Shown here piece after piece: positions 60,018-64,000 of a stretch of 64,000 nt of DNA. The notes under the pieces are model-generated. The model did not search any database, was not told where the DNA came from, and worked only from the letters and a program-made list of their open reading frames with translations. Each line of letters begins with the position of its first letter. Within the stretch, counting starts at the first letter, position 1. Both the position numbers and the translations under genes were made by a program. Source of the DNA: an uncultured Poribacteria bacterium (GTDB taxonomy: Bacteria > Poribacteria > WGA-4E > WGA-3G); contig OX638351.1 in NCBI GenBank assembly GCA_951813565.1, positions 3,565,506 to 3,629,505 of the forward strand, in the 5' to 3' direction.

Positions 60018-60764
60018 TCATGCTAAAAAGTTACCCACAATTTCACAAAACTGCGGCAATTGGTCAAGGTATGAGAAATGTCCAGCATCCTTGAGAATCA
60101 CTAGTCCAGCGTCAGGTATCTCTTCCTCCATTATTCTCCCATACGATATAGGTGTATCTGTATCGTTCTCTCCCCAGATCAATAGCGTAGAAGCCTGAAT
60201 CTTCGGTAATAGTGGACGCAAATTTTGATTTACGGATTTCACCATCGTTGCCCTCATCGGCCCTGCTTCCCTATAATCTTTTGAACCTACCCGCTGCGCT
60301 ATACCGTCTGCCAGTCTGTCACCGAGTGTTCCACAATGTCGCATCAAATGTCCGATCTTCGCGAGACTAATCCGCATATAGTATTTCGCAGTTCGGGGTG
60401 GGATAATGCCAGCACTATCCACTAAAATCAGTTTATCTACCTTTTCCGGTTCTTCGGCTGCCATTACTATAGAGATTCTTCCTCCATAAGAGTGTCCAAT
60501 CAGGTGTGCTTTGTTAATGTTGCGTTCGTAAAAAAAAGCAGAGACAAATTTAGCGTAATCTGAGGCATCCCACGCAGTCGGTGGTATCTCGCTTAGCCCG
60601 AATCCTGGAAGATCAAGTGCATAGACTTGGTGAGAACGTGATAGCTTATCAAAGACAGGTCTAAAACTATTTGCTTCACCACCCCATCCGTGTAGGAGAA
60701 CAACGGGAGTGCCGGTTCCTTCAACCTGATAGGCAATTTTTAGATTATCTATTTCTGTGAACAT
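60018..60764 (-). CDS. Alpha/beta-fold hydrolase
   Basis: HGWGG oxyanion region and GHSYGG nucleophile elbow. Begins 18 bp after the murE stop on the same strand. Confidence 0.7.
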   Translation of the reverse strand: MFTEIDNLKIAYQVEGTGTPVVLLHGWGGEANSFRPVFDKLSRSHQVYALDLPGFGLSEIPPTAWDASDYAKFVSAFFYERNINKAHLIGHSYGGRISIVMAAEEPEKVDKLILVDSAGIIPPRTAKYYMRISLAKIGHLMRHCGTLGDRLADGIAQRVGSKDYREAGPMRATMVKSVNQNLRPLLPKIQASTLLIWGENDTDTPISYGRIMEEEIPDAGLVILKDAGHFSYLDQLPQFCEIVGNFLA

Positions 60765-60782
60765 TTCAATTCGTGAATTCGT

Positions 60783-62351
60783 CTACCGGACAACTGGCTG
60801 CTGTGACTGGACAAGTAACTGTTGTAATATTTTCGAGGCAACTTCGCGATCATCAAACGGAAATCTTTCACCGCGAATTTCTTGATAATTTTCATGCCCT
60901 TTACCGGCAATCACGACGACATCACCTGGATGTGCATCCATGATAGCATGCCGAATTGCTTCACGTCGCTCCGGAATACACAAATATGCTGCATCATGTG
61001 GTAAATTTGACACAATTTCTGAGATGATTTCATCGGGACTTTCCGTACGTGGATTGTCAGATGTAATTACGCTCACATCAGCAAGTTGAGTGGAAATCGC
61101 ACCCATTTTTGGACGTTTACCCCTATCACGGTCACCTCCACAACCAAACACAGAAATTAGTCGCCCTTCCGCGACCCCTCGAGCTGCAGTTAGGACATTT
61201 TCCAGACCATCAGGGGTGTGGGCATAATCAACAATGACAGCAAAATCCTCATCTTGTTCAGATGGTGGATTAACTCGTTCAAAACGCCCAGGAACAACAG
61301 TCGTAGCAAGTCCCTTGCGAATAGCTGCAGCACTGCACTTATAGCGGAGTCCTACCCCAATTGCAGCAAGAGCGTTGTAAACATTATATGCCCCTAACAA
61401 GTGGATTTTTGCCTCAATCTCCTGAAATAATGGTGTTGAAGTGTTGATGTTGCTATTACCTTTCGCCACTGTTGTAAAGGCTAACTGTTTTAGTGAAATT
61501 TCTACGTCTTGTGCCTTCAAATCTGCTTCTTTTTTAATTCCGTATGTTAGTATGTTTCCGTGGGACGCGATATGCTTAACGATGCAAGCCGTAGTTGGAG
61601 AATCTGCGTTCAATATCGCCACTCCTTGCGGACTCAACTGTTCAAATAGCATCAATTTCGCAGCAAGATAATTCTCCATCGTGCCGTGGTAGTCCAGATG
61701 GTCCTGTGTCAAATTGGTAAAAACAGCGGTATCGTAGGTGAGGCCAGTCAGTCGGTGTTGTGCCAGTCCTTGGGAAGAGGTTTCCATGATGACATGTTCT
61801 ATTCCTGCGTCAGCGATTTGCTTTAACATAGCATGGAGTTCAAACGCGTCAGGGGTCGTTAGAAGTGCGGGAATCTCAATTTTTGATGGACAGTTTCCGT
61901 TTGAGGTTGGATCTTTCGCATCAAATGTATGTCCCACTGTTCCTAAAACAGCGGTCTTCAACCCTTGCGCCTTCAGAATTCCATCTGTCAAATGTGCAGT
62001 AGATGTTTTGCCATTTGTGCCGGTAATACCAGTTAATTTCAGTCGTTTCGCTGGGTTACCGTGCCAATTGGCAGCACTTAAGGCTTGTGCTTTTCGTCCG
62101 TTAGAGGTGATTACGCCAGTTACATCATTGGGTAATTCAGATGTTCGTTTTTCTGAGATAATTGCTATTGCGCCGTTTTGGATAGCACCATCAATAAAAG
62201 AGTGTCCATCAACGTTCAGTCCTTGGTAACAAACGAAGGCATACCCTGGCTTGACTTTTCGGTGGTCACTGACAACACCCTTAATTTCGGGATTTCGATC
62301 ACCCGTGACTTCGGTGATTTCGATTCCATCCAGAAGGTTTTGGAGTCTCAT
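60783..62351 (-). CDS. murE: UDP-MurNAc-L-Ala-D-Glu--meso-2,6-diaminopimelate ligase
   Basis: GTNGKTST P-loop and DNPR motif (mDAP specificity). A 4-bp overlap with ftsI. Confidence 0.85.
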   Translation of the reverse strand: MRLQNLLDGIEITEVTGDRNPEIKGVVSDHRKVKPGYAFVCYQGLNVDGHSFIDGAIQNGAIAIISEKRTSELPNDVTGVITSNGRKAQALSAANWHGNPAKRLKLTGITGTNGKTSTAHLTDGILKAQGLKTAVLGTVGHTFDAKDPTSNGNCPSKIEIPALLTTPDAFELHAMLKQIADAGIEHVIMETSSQGLAQHRLTGLTYDTAVFTNLTQDHLDYHGTMENYLAAKLMLFEQLSPQGVAILNADSPTTACIVKHIASHGNILTYGIKKEADLKAQDVEISLKQLAFTTVAKGNSNINTSTPLFQEIEAKIHLLGAYNVYNALAAIGVGLRYKCSAAAIRKGLATTVVPGRFERVNPPSEQDEDFAVIVDYAHTPDGLENVLTAARGVAEGRLISVFGCGGDRDRGKRPKMGAISTQLADVSVITSDNPRTESPDEIISEIVSNLPHDAAYLCIPERREAIRHAIMDAHPGDVVVIAGKGHENYQEIRGERFPFDDREVASKILQQLLVQSQQPVVR

Positions 62352-63979
62352 AACCCCTCTCCCTTCCTTACTAAAGTGTCGTCAGAAATTGGTGTGTGTT
62401 TAATTAGCGAATGACCCGTTTTGCCTGTCTTCCCTTTTTTGGGGAGAGAAGTATTAATTTTATTGGGCGGTTGATTTGATAACTGTGTGTTAGCAATCCG
62501 CGTAACCGTTCCGTTTCCGTCGACATATTTATGGTCAGAAGTACTTTTCCGCTTTGGTGTTGAGTCGAAAAAATGTGTTTGCTCAATATGTTTAAGAGTT
62601 TGCTTGGCAATCCGTTTGAAAATAGGCGCTACGATCCGACCACTAAATCTTTCACCGGTGGGTTCATCCAATGTGACAATAATGGCAATTTTAGGTGCGT
62701 CAGCGGGAAGAAATCCCATAAAGGACATGACCTCTTTACCTGCAGCATAGCCCTTGCCTTTTTCAGCTTTCTGCGCTGTTCCGGTTTTGCCAGCGATACT
62801 AATACCTTCTATTTTGGCTTTCATGCCACTTCCTTTTTCAACCACACCGACAAGAATATCTGTCATCTGCTTGGCAATTTCCGGACGCAAAACCCGTCTT
62901 ATCTTAGCAGGACGGTTCTTTTTAATTAGGTTTCCTTGCGCATCTCGGATTTCTTTAGTGATATAAGGTCGGTGTAAGATACCTCCATTGGCAATGACAG
63001 CCAAAGCGTTAACCATCTGTAACGGTGTAACAGAGATGCCCTGCCCAAATGGTACAGCACCAAGAGAGTTCGTGTCCCACCGCCTCAGTGCGTATAAGTT
63101 ACCACGCTGTTCATACGGCAGATCAATACCAGTCTTTTCTCCAAAGCCGTATCTATCTACATACGTTTCAAAAAGCTCAGGTCCTAACTCCTGAACAATT
63201 TTTATCATTCCGATATTGCTTGATTTTTGTATAACTTGTTCAAGTGATAACCATCCTTTTCCTGAGACATCTTTTATAACGCGTCGCTTACCAATGCGGT
63301 AACGTCCATTATGACAAAAGACCGTTGATTCAGGTGTCATAATGCTTTCATTTAGAACTGCGGAAGAGGCAATAATTTTGAAGATAGACCCCGGTTCAAA
63401 CAGGTACCAAATGCCAAGGTTACGTTTTGCTTCTTCATCAGCGTTTGTTTGGCAATTAATATCGTAAGTCGGATAACTTGCCATCGCCAATATTTCTGAA
63501 GTTTCTACTGCAAGGACAATGGCAGTACCTTTCGGAGCGTTCCAATCTTTACATCCTTCCGCCAGTTCCTTTTCGACAATGTCTTGAATCACTTGATCAA
63601 GGGTTAGAACTACGTTACATCCACTGTTTCCAAGTGTTTCGGTAGTAGATTGTGTTTGAAGACCGGCAGATGTTAACGCCGCGCTCCTCTGATATTGCGG
63701 TGAATGTAGTTTTTCAAGGTACGTGTTATACTGATACTCAATTCCTTCGCCCGCATTTAAATCGTTAAGGTAGCCGATGACCTGTGCTGCAAGAGTCTTC
63801 TTCGGATAGACCCGGTTCGGTTCAACCTCAACTTTAAGTCCTCTATGTTTTTTAGTGATGTCTCGAATAGCATCTAACTTGTCATAGTCCACACTTTTTT
63901 TAAGATAGACAAATTCAACGTACTCTCCATTTCGCTTCCGTTTTAGCTGCGCTAATAGTTCCGAATTGGTGGTATTCAA
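62348..63979 (-). CDS. ftsI: Penicillin-binding protein 3 / FtsI transpeptidase (N-terminus probably beyond window end)
   Basis: SxxK (GSIFK), SSN and KTG (AGKTGTA) transpeptidase motifs. No N-terminal TM anchor is present in the part visible. Confidence 0.8.
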   Translation of the reverse strand: MNTTNSELLAQLKRKRNGEYVEFVYLKKSVDYDKLDAIRDITKKHRGLKVEVEPNRVYPKKTLAAQVIGYLNDLNAGEGIEYQYNTYLEKLHSPQYQRSAALTSAGLQTQSTTETLGNSGCNVVLTLDQVIQDIVEKELAEGCKDWNAPKGTAIVLAVETSEILAMASYPTYDINCQTNADEEAKRNLGIWYLFEPGSIFKIIASSAVLNESIMTPESTVFCHNGRYRIGKRRVIKDVSGKGWLSLEQVIQKSSNIGMIKIVQELGPELFETYVDRYGFGEKTGIDLPYEQRGNLYALRRWDTNSLGAVPFGQGISVTPLQMVNALAVIANGGILHRPYITKEIRDAQGNLIKKNRPAKIRRVLRPEIAKQMTDILVGVVEKGSGMKAKIEGISIAGKTGTAQKAEKGKGYAAGKEVMSFMGFLPADAPKIAIIVTLDEPTGERFSGRIVAPIFKRIAKQTLKHIEQTHFFDSTPKRKSTSDHKYVDGNGTVTRIANTQLSNQPPNKINTSLPKKGKTGKTGHSLIKHTPISDDTLVRKGEGL

Positions 63980-64000
63980 TAACGGGGCTAATTCGGCCGC

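Noticed and set aside
1-64000. tRNA, rRNA, tmRNA or RNase P genes
   Set aside because: No T-arm-like GGTTCGAATCC-type motifs outside CDSs and no rRNA-like conserved stretches were seen. None is called, though a covariance-model search would be needed to be certain.

Overview
This is 64 kb of bacterial chromosome at roughly 45% GC, densely coding and with no rRNA or tRNA genes detected. The gene content (a TAT-secreted DUF1501 protein, LamG, FG-GAP/ASPIC, WD40 and TPR secreted proteins, a tricorn protease, and many short palindromic intergenic repeats) suggests a polysaccharide-degrading lineage in or near the PVC superphylum. That placement is inference; FtsZ is present.

From 5' to 3' the window contains:
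- (1) A tandem array of three paralogous SASA/DUF303-type carbohydrate O-acetylesterase genes; the first is cut by the window edge.
- (2) A frameshifted TolB-like beta-propeller gene.
- (3) A minus-strand hexuronate/pectin-catabolism cluster: uxuA, two Gfo/Idh/MocA oxidoreductases, a sugar-phosphate isomerase TIM barrel, oligogalacturonide lyase, a secreted LamG lectin-like protein and a beta-gamma-crystallin/ConA-like protein.
- (4) A plus-strand cluster of secreted proteins: DUF1501, a WD40 lipoprotein, a 998-aa protein with duplicated CxxCH modules plus PPC and PA14-like domains, and a 1095-aa tricorn protease.
- (5) A small accessory patch: a UPF0175 pseudogene, ackA, a decayed insertion-sequence (IS) remnant (an IS630 helix-turn-helix fragment plus a frameshifted TnpB), a DegT aminotransferase, a GlpD-like FAD oxidoreductase, a BatA-like VWA protein and an intact IS4-like insertion sequence.
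- (6) A 10.2-kb segment bracketed by 140-bp inverted repeats. It carries a Liv-type ABC importer (substrate-binding protein and two permeases, no ATPase genes) co-oriented with a PhyH dioxygenase, a 12-TM transporter and a lipoprotein, plus FG-GAP/ASPIC and TPR proteins.
- (7) A second LamG paralog and a B12/radical-SAM protein.
- (8) The dcw cell-division and peptidoglycan cluster in the order ftsI-murE-[alpha/beta hydrolase]-murF-ddl-mraY-murD-ftsW-murG-murC-ftsQ-ftsA-ftsZ, with several atypical features. The two most notable are a MurF carrying an N-terminal multi-pass membrane domain and repeat-filled spacers.

Several families of MITE-like or REP-like palindromic repeats populate almost every long intergenic region.
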